Made by a program: the position numbers and the translations under genes. A DNA stretch of 25,542 nt from Elainellaceae cyanobacterium (GTDB lineage: Bacteria; Cyanobacteriota; Cyanobacteriia; CAZCXK01). Every line of letters begins with the position of its first letter. Position 1 is the stretch's first letter. The stretch lies in assembly GCA_051117555.1 (NCBI GenBank), contig JBNPEG010000122.1:1-25542 (forward strand), in the 5' to 3' direction. The notes under the pieces were generated by a model that did not search any database, had not been told where the DNA came from, and worked only from the letters and a program-made list of their open reading frames with translations. This document shows, piece after piece, positions 1 to 8,741 of this stretch.

Positions 1-133
1 AGGTTGGGTTGAGGTACGTATAGCCCAAAGGGCATTCAAGAAAGGCGCAGCCTTGCCGAAGGCAATAACCCAACGCCCGCATGGGTTACGCTATCGCTAA
101 CCCATCCTACATTTGATTCCGCCCACCTACTTA
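1..133. repeat. Pair of GTAG-type REP-like palindromes (left copy cut by the window edge and carrying an insertion), followed by a GCCCACCTACTTA repeat end
   Basis: GTTGGGTT (3-10) pairs with AACCCAAC (67-74). Positions 81-110 on the minus strand read GTAG-GATGGGTTAGCGATAGCGTAACCCAT, a GTAG tetranucleotide plus imperfect hairpin. Confidence 0.7.
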
Positions 134-204
134 TGGCAATCCCAGATGGGTTGTGAGCGATGGGGCGGTCACACACAATTCACGAGCGGTTTAGGATCGC
201 TGTA
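132..204. mobile_element. Small MITE-like element with degenerate ~25-bp terminal inverted repeats (TATAGCAATCCTAAA-type)
   Basis: Left arm TATGGCAATCCCAGATGGGTTGTGA versus reverse complement of the right arm TACAGCGATCCTAAACCGCTCGTGA: 16/25 identical, most mismatches are transitions. TA at both ends. A related copy lies at 19083-19182. Confidence 0.55.
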
Positions 205-488
205 GACATGCATATCTGCGCGATTTATTCGTGCATACTTATATTCATGCATATTCACAGAATTATTTAAACTTCATCGCAGTGTCTTATCAGTGCTTAC
301 TTCCAGAAACTCCGGAATCGGGATATTTGAATCAGGGAGTTCGTCAACCCGATTAGTACGGATGAAACTTGTCTTCGCTAAGTGAGTTAATCAGGTATGT
401 AAAGCTGTTGCATCCTGATTTTCAACTCTCGCATCCACGACATTCTGCTTGGATACTGCCCAGACCTAACCCAAAAATTTCTTCACCA

Positions 489-3400
489 ATGGATTTGAGC
501 GAAGATTACGAGATGCTAAAGGCTGAACTTAAACAAAGTCAGCAACGGTATGCTGACCTGCTGGAGCATTTTGAGATGCAGGTCGAGCAGCGCGTTGCCG
601 AGCAGACCAGCGCCTTGCGGAAAGCAAATCAAGACCTAGACCAGGCACTCACAGAGCGCGATCGCCACATCCAACATTATCAAGCATTAGTTCAGCATAG
701 TCGAGAATTGGAAACCCTTTTTTCTGAATCTTCAGATGGGTTTTACGTAATGATGCTAGACGCGCCCATCCGGTGGGACAGCTCTAAGCATGATGATCAA
801 ATGCTTGATTATGTGTTTGAGCATATGCGTGTGGTCCGCGCCAACGACGCCGCTTTAGCCCAATACGGAGTCACGAAAGAGCAGTTCATCGGCATGAACC
901 AGCGGGATTTTTTTGCCCATGATCCTCATCAGGGTCGAACCTTGCTCAAACGCTTTTTAGCAGACGGCAAGTCTCATTCTGAGACGCTCGAACATCAGGC
1001 AGATGGAACTCCTATTTATATTGAAGAAAATTGTGTGATGCTGCATGACGTTTACGGCAATCTATCGGGATGTTATGTCGTGCAGCGAGACATTACAGAG
1101 CGCAAGCAGTTTGAAGATCATCTCAAAAATGCCTACCAGCGACTTGCGTTCCATGTTGACAATACTCCGCTTGGCGTCATTGAGTGGGATGCTCAGATGC
1201 GAGTGCGGCGGTGGTCATCTCAGGCAGAAAATATCTTGGGCTGGACAGCAGATGAGGTGATGGGGCGATCGCTCCATGAGATACCATTTGTGTTTATCGA
1301 CGATTATGACCAGGTCAAAGCGGCTAGTGAAGAACTGTTGTCAGGCGCAGTTTCATCCAATCAATTGAGCAATCGGAACTACACCAAAAATGGGTCAGTC
1401 ATCCACTGCCAGTGGTATAACTCAGTGCTGATGAATGAGTCAAATGCAATCGGCTCTATTTTGTCTATGGTGCTCGATATTACCGATCGCGTTCGGGTTG
1501 AACAGGCGCTCCGAGAAAGCGAAGAAAAGTTTCGCCAATTTGCCGAACATAGCCGAGACGTGTTTTGGATGCACGATCCGGTTCAGAAAAAAACGCTGTA
1601 TATCAATCAAGCCTATGAAAAAATGTGGGGTCAGAGTTGCGAAAGCCTCTTGGCAAACTCAAATTCGTTTCTAGATGCGATTCATTCTGAGGATCGAGAG
1701 CGCGTGCGCGTCGCCTATGAACAGGGGCGGCAGGGAGCCCCCTACGATATTGAATATCGGCTTGTTCATACCGATGGCACCCTTGTCTGGGTGCGCGATC
1801 GCGGCTTTACCATTCATGATTCGAGCGGGCATATTTATCGATTTGCTGGCATCGCTGAAGATATCACCGAACGCAAACACGAAGAACAGCGCTTGCAGTT
1901 GCAAGCCAAGCAAAACAGTCTCATCTTTCAAGTGGCTCAACGGCTCCGCCAGTCGTTGCGTCTCGATGACATTCTCAATACGACCGTCACGGAAGTGCGT
2001 CACTGTCTGAGCGCCGATCGAGTTTTGATTTATCGGCTCCAGTCTGATCAGGAAGGGCGCGTGATCGCCGAATCTACCAGTTCTCACGTGCGCTCAATGC
2101 TAGGCATCACGTTTCAAGATGAGTGTTTTCCGTCCTATTCTCATGAATTTGCCCAGATCTCGCCGGCTGGTAATCCTAATGGTCAGTCAAGTCATCAGAC
2201 CCAAGCGTGCTATGCCGATTTATTTAAGCAGTTTCAAGTGCGTGCCAATCTGGTTGTGCCGATCGCCCAAAATGATGCGTTTTGGGGGGCGCTTGTTGTT
2301 CATCAATGTCACCAGGAGCATACCTGGCAAGACTGGGAGCTTGATTTGCTTCAGCAGATTGCTGGTCAACTGGCGATCGCCATTCAGCAGTCAGAGCTCT
2401 ATCACCAAGTTCAGCAGCTTAATGATGATCTAGAACATCAAGTGCGCGATCGCACCGCCCAACTCCAACTTGCGTTTAATTTTGAAGAAACGCTGAAGCG
2501 GATTACCGATCGAGTGCGCGATAGCCTCGATGAAAATCAAATCATGCAAACGGCTGTCGAAGAACTGGCGCAGGCGCTCAAGGTGAGCTGTTGCAATGCC
2601 GCGCTATATGACCTCGATTACGGCACATCTACGATTTGCTATGAATCCACCAATTTTTCGTATTCTGAGCGCGGACGGACTGCCCGGATGGCCGATTATC
2701 CAGAACTCTACGACCAATTACTGCAAGGACAGACCTTTCAATTTTGTTCGATTACGCCGAATCCCTACCGGGGGCGGGTCGTGATGCTGGCTCAGCCTAT
2801 TCAAGATAACAAGGGCGTATTAGGAGACTTGTGGTTGGTTAATCCGATTGATAGTCCCCTGGAGGAACAAGATATTCGGCTCGTGCAGCAGGTGGCAAAC
2901 CAGTGTGCGATCGCCCTCCGTCAAGCCCGCTTATACCAAGCCGCCCAAGCTCAAGTCGACGAATTAGAACGGCTCAATCAGCTCAAAGATGACTTCCTGA
3001 GTACGGTTTCTCATGAACTCCGCACGCCCATGTCTAACATGAGAATGGCCATTCAAATGTTAGAAGTCGTATTAGCACAAGCTCAACTGGATGATTCGAT
3101 AGCCAAGCGGACAAATCAATATTTTCAAATTCTTAAAAACGAATGCCAGCGCGAGACAGCGCTTATTAATGACTTGCTCAATCTGTCGCGGTTGAGTGCA
3201 GGAAGCGAGCCGTTAATGTTGACGACATTTGCCCCTTACGTCGTTCTTCTGCAAATTATCGAGCCGTTTATTGAACGGGCACATAGCCAGCAACAACATC
3301 TAAAGGCAAATATTCCTGAAGATTTACCGTCGCTGACGACAGACTTATCTCATCTAGAAGGAATTTTAGCTGAGTTACTGAATAATGCCTGCAAATATAC

Positions 3401-3683
3401 AACCGAAGATGAAACCATCGAAGTATCAGCCACTGCCGATTCAGACGAATTAGAAATCACGGTTCGTAATTCAGGGGTCACTATTCCATCCAGCGAACTT
3501 AACTATTTGTTTGACAAATTTTATCGAGTTCCTAGCCATGACCCCTGGAAGCATGGTGGCACGGGCTTGGGGCTATCTCTCGTTAAAAAGCGAGTCGAGC
3601 ATCTCCGTGGAACCATAACGGTTGCTCTCGATCAGTCGTGGCTAACCTTCACCGTCCGCATTCCTCAAATGATACATTCGTAA
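489..3683 (+). CDS. Multi-sensor histidine kinase: coiled coil, 3 PAS/PAC, cyanobacteriochrome-type GAF (DXCF), second GAF, HisKA, HATPase
   Basis: Three PAC ends (DITERK/DITDRV/DITERK). GAF with DRVLIYR...DECF...ACY...VRANLVVPI...WGALVVHQC. H-box SHELRTP, N-box ELLNNACKY, G2 box GGTGLGL. ATG 489 preferred over TTG 369. Confidence 0.93.
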   Translation: MDLSEDYEMLKAELKQSQQRYADLLEHFEMQVEQRVAEQTSALRKANQDLDQALTERDRHIQHYQALVQHSRELETLFSESSDGFYVMMLDAPIRWDSSKHDDQMLDYVFEHMRVVRANDAALAQYGVTKEQFIGMNQRDFFAHDPHQGRTLLKRFLADGKSHSETLEHQADGTPIYIEENCVMLHDVYGNLSGCYVVQRDITERKQFEDHLKNAYQRLAFHVDNTPLGVIEWDAQMRVRRWSSQAENILGWTADEVMGRSLHEIPFVFIDDYDQVKAASEELLSGAVSSNQLSNRNYTKNGSVIHCQWYNSVLMNESNAIGSILSMVLDITDRVRVEQALRESEEKFRQFAEHSRDVFWMHDPVQKKTLYINQAYEKMWGQSCESLLANSNSFLDAIHSEDRERVRVAYEQGRQGAPYDIEYRLVHTDGTLVWVRDRGFTIHDSSGHIYRFAGIAEDITERKHEEQRLQLQAKQNSLIFQVAQRLRQSLRLDDILNTTVTEVRHCLSADRVLIYRLQSDQEGRVIAESTSSHVRSMLGITFQDECFPSYSHEFAQISPAGNPNGQSSHQTQACYADLFKQFQVRANLVVPIAQNDAFWGALVVHQCHQEHTWQDWELDLLQQIAGQLAIAIQQSELYHQVQQLNDDLEHQVRDRTAQLQLAFNFEETLKRITDRVRDSLDENQIMQTAVEELAQALKVSCCNAALYDLDYGTSTICYESTNFSYSERGRTARMADYPELYDQLLQGQTFQFCSITPNPYRGRVVMLAQPIQDNKGVLGDLWLVNPIDSPLEEQDIRLVQQVANQCAIALRQARLYQAAQAQVDELERLNQLKDDFLSTVSHELRTPMSNMRMAIQMLEVVLAQAQLDDSIAKRTNQYFQILKNECQRETALINDLLNLSRLSAGSEPLMLTTFAPYVVLLQIIEPFIERAHSQQQHLKANIPEDLPSLTTDLSHLEGILAELLNNACKYTTEDETIEVSATADSDELEITVRNSGVTIPSSELNYLFDKFYRVPSHDPWKHGGTGLGLSLVKKRVEHLRGTITVALDQSWLTFTVRIPQMIHS
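658..665. repeat. HIP1 octamer GCGATCGC (one example; about 30 copies across the window)
   Basis: GCGATCGC recurs throughout coding and intergenic DNA, e.g. 658, 1265, near 3692, 8471, 13710, 18713, 25382. Established cyanobacterial genome signature. Confidence 0.95.
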
Positions 3684-3758
3684 TGCTTTCAGCGATCGCG
3701 TCGCATTCGTGCCATCGTTCCCAAGCGGATAAATTGATCTGACAGGCAGAACCTCAAA

Positions 3759-3788
3759 TGGGGACATTGAAACAGAGCAACATCCCCA
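3759..3788 (-). terminator. Probable terminator / 3' hairpin of msrA between convergent genes
   Basis: Minus strand TGGGGATGTTG-CTCTGTTT-CAATGTCCCCA-TTT: 11-bp stem with two G-U pairs that work only on the minus strand. Confidence 0.55.
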
Positions 3789-3817
3789 AATGTACAAGAT
3801 TTGAAATTAACTGAGAT

Positions 3818-4471
3818 CTAGACGCTCAATCCGGTCGGGCAAGCGACATTAGTGCCCCCTAGCCCACAGTATCCACCTGGGTTTTTGGCTAAATACTGCT
3901 GATGATAGTCTTCTGCATAGTAAAACTCAGGTGCGTCCAAGATTTCAGTGGTGATATCTCCGTGTCCAGCCTCATGTAACGCCTTTTGATAGGCATCTCG
4001 TGAGGCTTCAGCCTGCTTTCGCTGCTGATCAGAGTAGACATAGATACCAGATCGATATTGGGTGCCTACATCATTGCCCTGACGCATTCCCTGGGTTGGA
4101 TTATGACCTTCCCAAAATATCTTCAGAAGCTGCTCGTAGCTAATCACACTTGGATCAAACACCACATGCACGACTTCGTTGTGCCCGGTCATGCCCGTGC
4201 AAACCTCTTGATAGGTGGGGTTGGGCGTGAAACCTGCCGCATATCCGACTGAGGTCGAAAACACTCCGTCTTGCTGCCAAAACATGCGCTCGGCTCCCCA
4301 AAAGCAGCCCATCCCAAACATCGCCATTTCCATACCTTCAGGGAAGGGGGGCTTGAGCGGGTTGCCGTTGACATAATGCTTATTAGGAACCGGGATGGGT
4401 TCACTACGCCCAGGTAATGCTTCATTCGGGGATGGAAGAGATTTCTTCTTGCCGAGTCCAAATAGCGCCAT
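3818..4471 (-). CDS. msrA: Peptide-methionine (S)-S-oxide reductase MsrA
   Basis: GCFWG active site, [31 protein letters not shown] and C-terminal resolving cysteines (GYCG...C). Confidence 0.98.
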   Translation of the reverse strand: MALFGLGKKKSLPSPNEALPGRSEPIPVPNKHYVNGNPLKPPFPEGMEMAMFGMGCFWGAERMFWQQDGVFSTSVGYAAGFTPNPTYQEVCTGMTGHNEVVHVVFDPSVISYEQLLKIFWEGHNPTQGMRQGNDVGTQYRSGIYVYSDQQRKQAEASRDAYQKALHEAGHGDITTEILDAPEFYYAEDYHQQYLAKNPGGYCGLGGTNVACPTGLSV

Positions 4472-4499
4472 ACGGATTTACTCCAGTTACTTCAGTATT

Positions 4500-4592
4500 T
4501 ATAGCCCTACGGGCTCAAGTTTGTGTGGTGAACTCCCGCGGCGCGGGGGCTCACACACGTTCAGAGTCCTAACGCGAGAACGTAAGGCTATA
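4500..4592. mobile_element. 93-bp MITE-like element upstream of msrA
   Basis: Terminal inverted repeats TATAGCCCTACG (4500-4511) / CGTAAGGCTATA (4581-4592), extendable to 18/24 identity. TA ends and a GC-rich internal hairpin (4528-4554). Confidence 0.65.
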
Positions 4593-4720
4593 TAAAAATT
4601 GTTAAGTCGCATCTGTATTCATTGTAAAGAGTTTCGCAGGCATCTCCGATTGCTTGGAGTGGGGGAAACCGTCATGAGCGATCGCCCCACGCTATATTCA
4701 CTGAAGCATTCTATGACCCA

Positions 4721-5563
4721 CTACAAAGGACTGGGTAGCTTAGCCCCCCAAACATCGGTCTGACTCAAATCAACCTCACTCAAATCCGCATGACTCAAAT
4801 CCGCATCCCGAAAGACGGCACGATTGAGTCGTGCTCCCCTGAGATTGACGTGACTCAAAATAGCGCCATCGAAACTGGCTTTAGTCAGGTTTGCCCATCT
4901 AAAATCTGCCTGATGAAGATTCGCACATCGAAAATTTGCACCGAATAGATACGCACTATTGAAATGAGTGCCTCCGGCGCTTGCCTCCCGAAAGTCAGTC
5001 TTGCAAAGATACGACCCAATGAATTCAGCTTCATGGAGGCTAGCTTCGCGGAAATCGGTTTCGTTGAGGTTTGCCTCGCAGAGCATCGCCTGCCCTAGAC
5101 TTGCCCGTTGCAGGTTTGCCAGACTCAAATCGGTGCCTCGCAGATTAGCGCGGTGCAGATTGGTGCCGATTAGGTTGGCACGGAAAAGATCGGCACTGCT
5201 CAAATTAATTTTGCGGAGGTCAGATCCAATCAGATTGGCATTGGCTAGGATGGCGTCAGTCAGATTGGCACCCACTAAGTTTGCCACGATCAAATCTGCC
5301 CGCTCTAGATTGGCGCGAATTAGGGTGGCACCTTGGAGATTTGCCTTGCCGAGATTGGCGTCGCTTAAATCGGCATCGGTTAGATGGGCTTGGCTAAGAT
5401 CTGCTCCGCTAAGATTAGTACGGTGAAACGAAATTCCGCCAAGCTGCATGCCGCAAAGGTCAGCACCGCTTAAATCGGGTTCAATGGTTAGGTTTTCTCG
5501 CCTCCATGATGCCCAAGTTGCTAGACCTTGTCTCAATAGAGCAAGATGCTGTGAGTTTGCCAT
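4721..5563 (-). CDS. Pentapeptide-repeat protein
   Basis: Continuous A(D/N)LxX repeats over almost the whole length. Typical N-terminus MANSQHLALLRQG...W..WR...DLSGADL. ATG at 5563. Confidence 0.95.
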   Translation of the reverse strand: MANSQHLALLRQGLATWASWRRENLTIEPDLSGADLCGMQLGGISFHRTNLSGADLSQAHLTDADLSDANLGKANLQGATLIRANLERADLIVANLVGANLTDAILANANLIGSDLRKINLSSADLFRANLIGTNLHRANLRGTDLSLANLQRASLGQAMLCEANLNETDFREASLHEAEFIGSYLCKTDFREASAGGTHFNSAYLFGANFRCANLHQADFRWANLTKASFDGAILSHVNLRGARLNRAVFRDADLSHADLSEVDLSQTDVWGAKLPSPL

Positions 5564-5599
5564 CTTGAGATTCCTTTCATGCCGAACACACACTCGTGA

Positions 5600-6241
5600 T
5601 CACTCGTTTCGTTTTTGGGATGGATCAGTTCGCCCAATAGCATTTTCCATCGCATCCAGGGCTGCGCGAGATGCAGCCATAATGTCACGCTCCTCTCCGC
5701 CTAAATAGAGTCGCCCGAAGCTGCCAACCGCAGAGATTCTGAGAATATTAATCAATGCGGCTTTCTCTGCCTCATTAGCAGCGAGGGCGGCATAAGCGGC
5801 AGGCTCGACTTCAAGCACATAGAGGGTCTGCCCAGCAAGAATCATATTCCCCCGTCGGGTGCGATTGATTAGCTGAGTGTGGTGAGCATCGATATTGCGG
5901 ATGATCTGACTCGATATGACCCGTGGCTTATGGCAATCTCGTTGCGTTAGACCAATCGCATCCAAGATGGCTCGCCCTGCCGCTTTGGTGTCACTTTGCT
6001 TGTTGGAATGAACCTCTAGAAGCCCATAAAGCCGCTCAATCATCAAGACTCCTGGGCGTACCATCGCAGACTTAAGGGCAATATCCATCAGGCGATTTGT
6101 TTCGATTCCAGGCAGAATCTCCACCCAGAGGGATGAATCGCCAGGTAACGGCAAAAACCCTTGTGCTTCGGTGCCGAGATACGCAGCGTGTTGCGGCTGC
6201 AAGCTGTCAATGTATACGTAGCTGCGAAGATCGACGCCCAA
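5600..6241 (-). CDS. ccmP: Beta-carboxysome shell pseudohexamer CcmP (BMC-T, CsoS1D-like)
   Basis: 213 aa with TTG start. [18 protein letters not shown]...[11 protein letters not shown]...[25 protein letters not shown] matches CcmP as I recall it. His18, Glu69 and Arg70 are present. Confidence 0.93.
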   Translation of the reverse strand: MGVDLRSYVYIDSLQPQHAAYLGTEAQGFLPLPGDSSLWVEILPGIETNRLMDIALKSAMVRPGVLMIERLYGLLEVHSNKQSDTKAAGRAILDAIGLTQRDCHKPRVISSQIIRNIDAHHTQLINRTRRGNMILAGQTLYVLEVEPAAYAALAANEAEKAALINILRISAVGSFGRLYLGGEERDIMAASRAALDAMENAIGRTDPSQKRNE

Positions 6242-6504
6242 GATTAAAGTTTGTAATGATTGACTCCCTCAGTGTGCCATAAGTTGGTTCGGTTATCTGA
6301 GATTCCACGGCCAATTCAGATGTTTGATGGGTGTAAATGAGCGGGATTTAATTCAGTCCTCATGGAATCAACCAGTGCCAAACGTCTAGAAAATCTGCCG
6401 CATGATTGAGAATTATCGGCATTCCCTTGCGTGGAGATAATTAAAATCTTTTTCTCCTAGATGAAATTGCCGACGAAATGATGTTTAGCAATCATTCTTA
6501 GGTG

Positions 6505-8514
6505 CTATGCCCAACCGTTGATCTGGAACCATCCCGCCCGGTTAAGAACATCCCATGAGTAGTCTTGCCCGGTGGTGTAATAATCTACGTCTAGACCTTG
6601 TGCTAGAGCATCTAACACATTGCCTAATCCAGCATTGTAGGCAGCGATCGCCCCTCTGAGCAGCTCTTGACCGTCTAATGTGGTGTTGAAATCAAGGTAG
6701 TCATAGTTGCGAGCTAGGACTTCATCAATGGCGTAGGTGATGTTGTCTTTAGGATTGCTCCAGCGCCCCGACCCAATAAAGCTTTGATGGAAGCGATCGT
6801 CAATCTGCATGATGCCGCGACCGTGTCCGCCATCTCCAGTGCCACCCGGACCAGGAGGGCTGAGTAGTCGCCCCCACCCGGACTCACGGGAGCCGATGCC
6901 ACCAATCACAGACGGTTTGAGCCAGCTATATCTTGCAGCCGCTTGATCCGCAAAGGGTTTATAGCTCGTCCAATAGTAGGTCGGTGTGTTGGCTTCATCC
7001 AGGTGGGGCTTATAAAGCGTGTTGGTTTTAGAAATCGCGGTTTCATAGAGCCCGCCATCATTCAACACGTCTACATAATATGCAGCGACATATCCGTCTA
7101 AACTGCGCCCATTAATCGTCGTACGAACTTTGAACCATTCGTCAAAGCCGTTGAGGTATCGACCTCCGGTGACTTTTTCAACGAGCGTGAGGGGCGTATT
7201 TTGCCCAAGGCGTGCCAACTCGATGCCTGAAATATCTTTGTCGCTTCTCAAGGAGATTTTGTCGTCTGACGTAATCCATACTTTTGAGCTGATCACCCCT
7301 TGACTGAACCCCGGACTGCCTCCGTCACCTGGAATATCGGGTTTGGGAGGGGGTGCAGGCGGGGTGATGATATCGCCGATTGGGATCACGTCGGTTTCAC
7401 CCACGAGATTAACAAAACTCGAATCGGCTGCGACATAGCCCTGCTGACCATCATTCGTAACAACCTGATACCAGTCTTGATAAGAGGTGTCATTGGGCGA
7501 TCGCACCTGCTTGGCGATCGTAAAAGTTTCGCCTTGATTGAGATAGTCGATAGGAATGTTGTTGAAACTAGACGGCTGATTCCTCAGGTTTAATCCGGCT
7601 GACACGACCGAACCTGTTAGGTCAATCCGCTCTAGGGTGACATCGATAATCGATTTACCTCGATTATCAAAATACTGCACATAGAGGTCATAGTTGCCGC
7701 CCTCGCTTGGTGTCAAGAGTTGAGTCCATGCCGGATAGCGGGCTTTGCGATTGCGCCAATCGCCTGACAACTCGGTGACAATCTCATCGGTTTGGGGATC
7801 TTTGAAGAAAAAGCGCGTGCCATCATCAGACTTGCTGCTTAGCCGATAAAACGACCCGGCTTCTAGTTCAACGCGCGTCCACGCTTCCATTGCAAAGCGG
7901 TTTTTGTTGACTCCATCTGCTGGACTGCGTCGACCATAGTTGATATCGAGTTCAGCAATGATATCCCCCGATCCACCATGGCTGCCTAAATCAGCCATGG
8001 CAGCAGGATCTGAAAAATCGTAGCGTCTATAGTTTCTCAAATTGCTGCGATCGCGATTGATAAACCGAGCATTCCAGCTCCGCGTCGCGTTTTGAGGCGT
8101 ATGAGCTGCTCGCAGCTTGGCGGATGATAGGGCTTGGTTTGATGACGAATCTGACTGCCCAGATAGTTGCAACTGGTAGTCTATCGTGCCGTTCGACTTG
8201 GGCATCACGCGAAGAAAATACGTGCCTGGATCTAAGTCATTGTGGCGCAGTGACGTGTTTGATTGGCGGATGCGGCCCCGCTTGACAATTTCGTTGCGAT
8301 CGAGTCGTCCGTTGCGATTGGCATCGTCAATCAACTGGAGGGCAGCCTTACCACCTGTGGCTTGCAAATCGGCTCGAAAACTGCTGCGCTGATTGAATTG
8401 AAACGTGTAGAAATCGCGAGAATTCTTGCCGCCCAGTTCGTGCGTAACGGTGCGTGATGTGTCGGATAGGGCGATCGCCCGTGCGTGTTTTAGATCCTTC
8501 TTACTGCTGACCAT
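6505..8514 (-). CDS. Modular putative peptidoglycan hydrolase: PPC, PA14-like, two SH3b, goose-type lysozyme/GH23 domain
   Basis: PPC (DFYTF...LDPGTYFLRV...YQLQLS). PA14-like (SDDGTRFF...YFDNRG). SH3b (LNLRNQPS...WYQV...GYVAA and ISLRS...WFKV...GYVAAYYV). C-terminal SRES...GD...GIMQID...AIAAYNAG...DY..DV..RA. Confidence 0.85.
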   Translation of the reverse strand: MVSSKKDLKHARAIALSDTSRTVTHELGGKNSRDFYTFQFNQRSSFRADLQATGGKAALQLIDDANRNGRLDRNEIVKRGRIRQSNTSLRHNDLDPGTYFLRVMPKSNGTIDYQLQLSGQSDSSSNQALSSAKLRAAHTPQNATRSWNARFINRDRSNLRNYRRYDFSDPAAMADLGSHGGSGDIIAELDINYGRRSPADGVNKNRFAMEAWTRVELEAGSFYRLSSKSDDGTRFFFKDPQTDEIVTELSGDWRNRKARYPAWTQLLTPSEGGNYDLYVQYFDNRGKSIIDVTLERIDLTGSVVSAGLNLRNQPSSFNNIPIDYLNQGETFTIAKQVRSPNDTSYQDWYQVVTNDGQQGYVAADSSFVNLVGETDVIPIGDIITPPAPPPKPDIPGDGGSPGFSQGVISSKVWITSDDKISLRSDKDISGIELARLGQNTPLTLVEKVTGGRYLNGFDEWFKVRTTINGRSLDGYVAAYYVDVLNDGGLYETAISKTNTLYKPHLDEANTPTYYWTSYKPFADQAAARYSWLKPSVIGGIGSRESGWGRLLSPPGPGGTGDGGHGRGIMQIDDRFHQSFIGSGRWSNPKDNITYAIDEVLARNYDYLDFNTTLDGQELLRGAIAAYNAGLGNVLDALAQGLDVDYYTTGQDYSWDVLNRAGWFQINGWA

Positions 8515-8741
8515 AGGTGCTGCTCTAGATTCGATTGCAACGGCTCAAATCCACCGGGACGTGATTAGCTCTACCGTATGGGTTGCAATCGAATCATAGA
8601 CCTGTGAAGGTTTAGCTTTCAGAAGTGGCTACCTCGCCTCATCCTGAAACACCAATCTGCTGGGCGATCGCTCCAGTTTTTGACTCATTCAATGCATGCC
8701 ACTCTCTCAAACGGCATATCGCAATTTCTCTGACATGACCA

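Noticed and set aside
369..488. N-terminal extension of the kinase from TTG 369 (similar extensions at 5593, 9317, 13146, 15744, 17302, 24941)
   Set aside because: Extensions overlap neighbouring genes or lack family-like sequence; downstream ATGs fit the family N-termini better.
1045..2784. Several 60-140-aa ORFs within the histidine kinase, including 2119-2433 as a possible compensated frameshift in the GAF
   Set aside because: Alternative-frame or antisense ORFs with no recognisable motifs. The 2119 frame does not restore the canonical Y..GR...DI segment convincingly.
4968..5426. 152-aa plus-strand ORF with repeating RLA/RFA units
   Set aside because: Antisense shadow of the pentapeptide-repeat gene; its periodicity is inherited from that gene.
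8515..8741. c-di-AMP (ydaO) or c-di-GMP riboswitch ahead of the cell-wall hydrolase
   Set aside because: Conserved cores (GCUGAAUCC...GGAAC...GGGGUGAAU, or GGCAAA...GCAAAGC) are not present.
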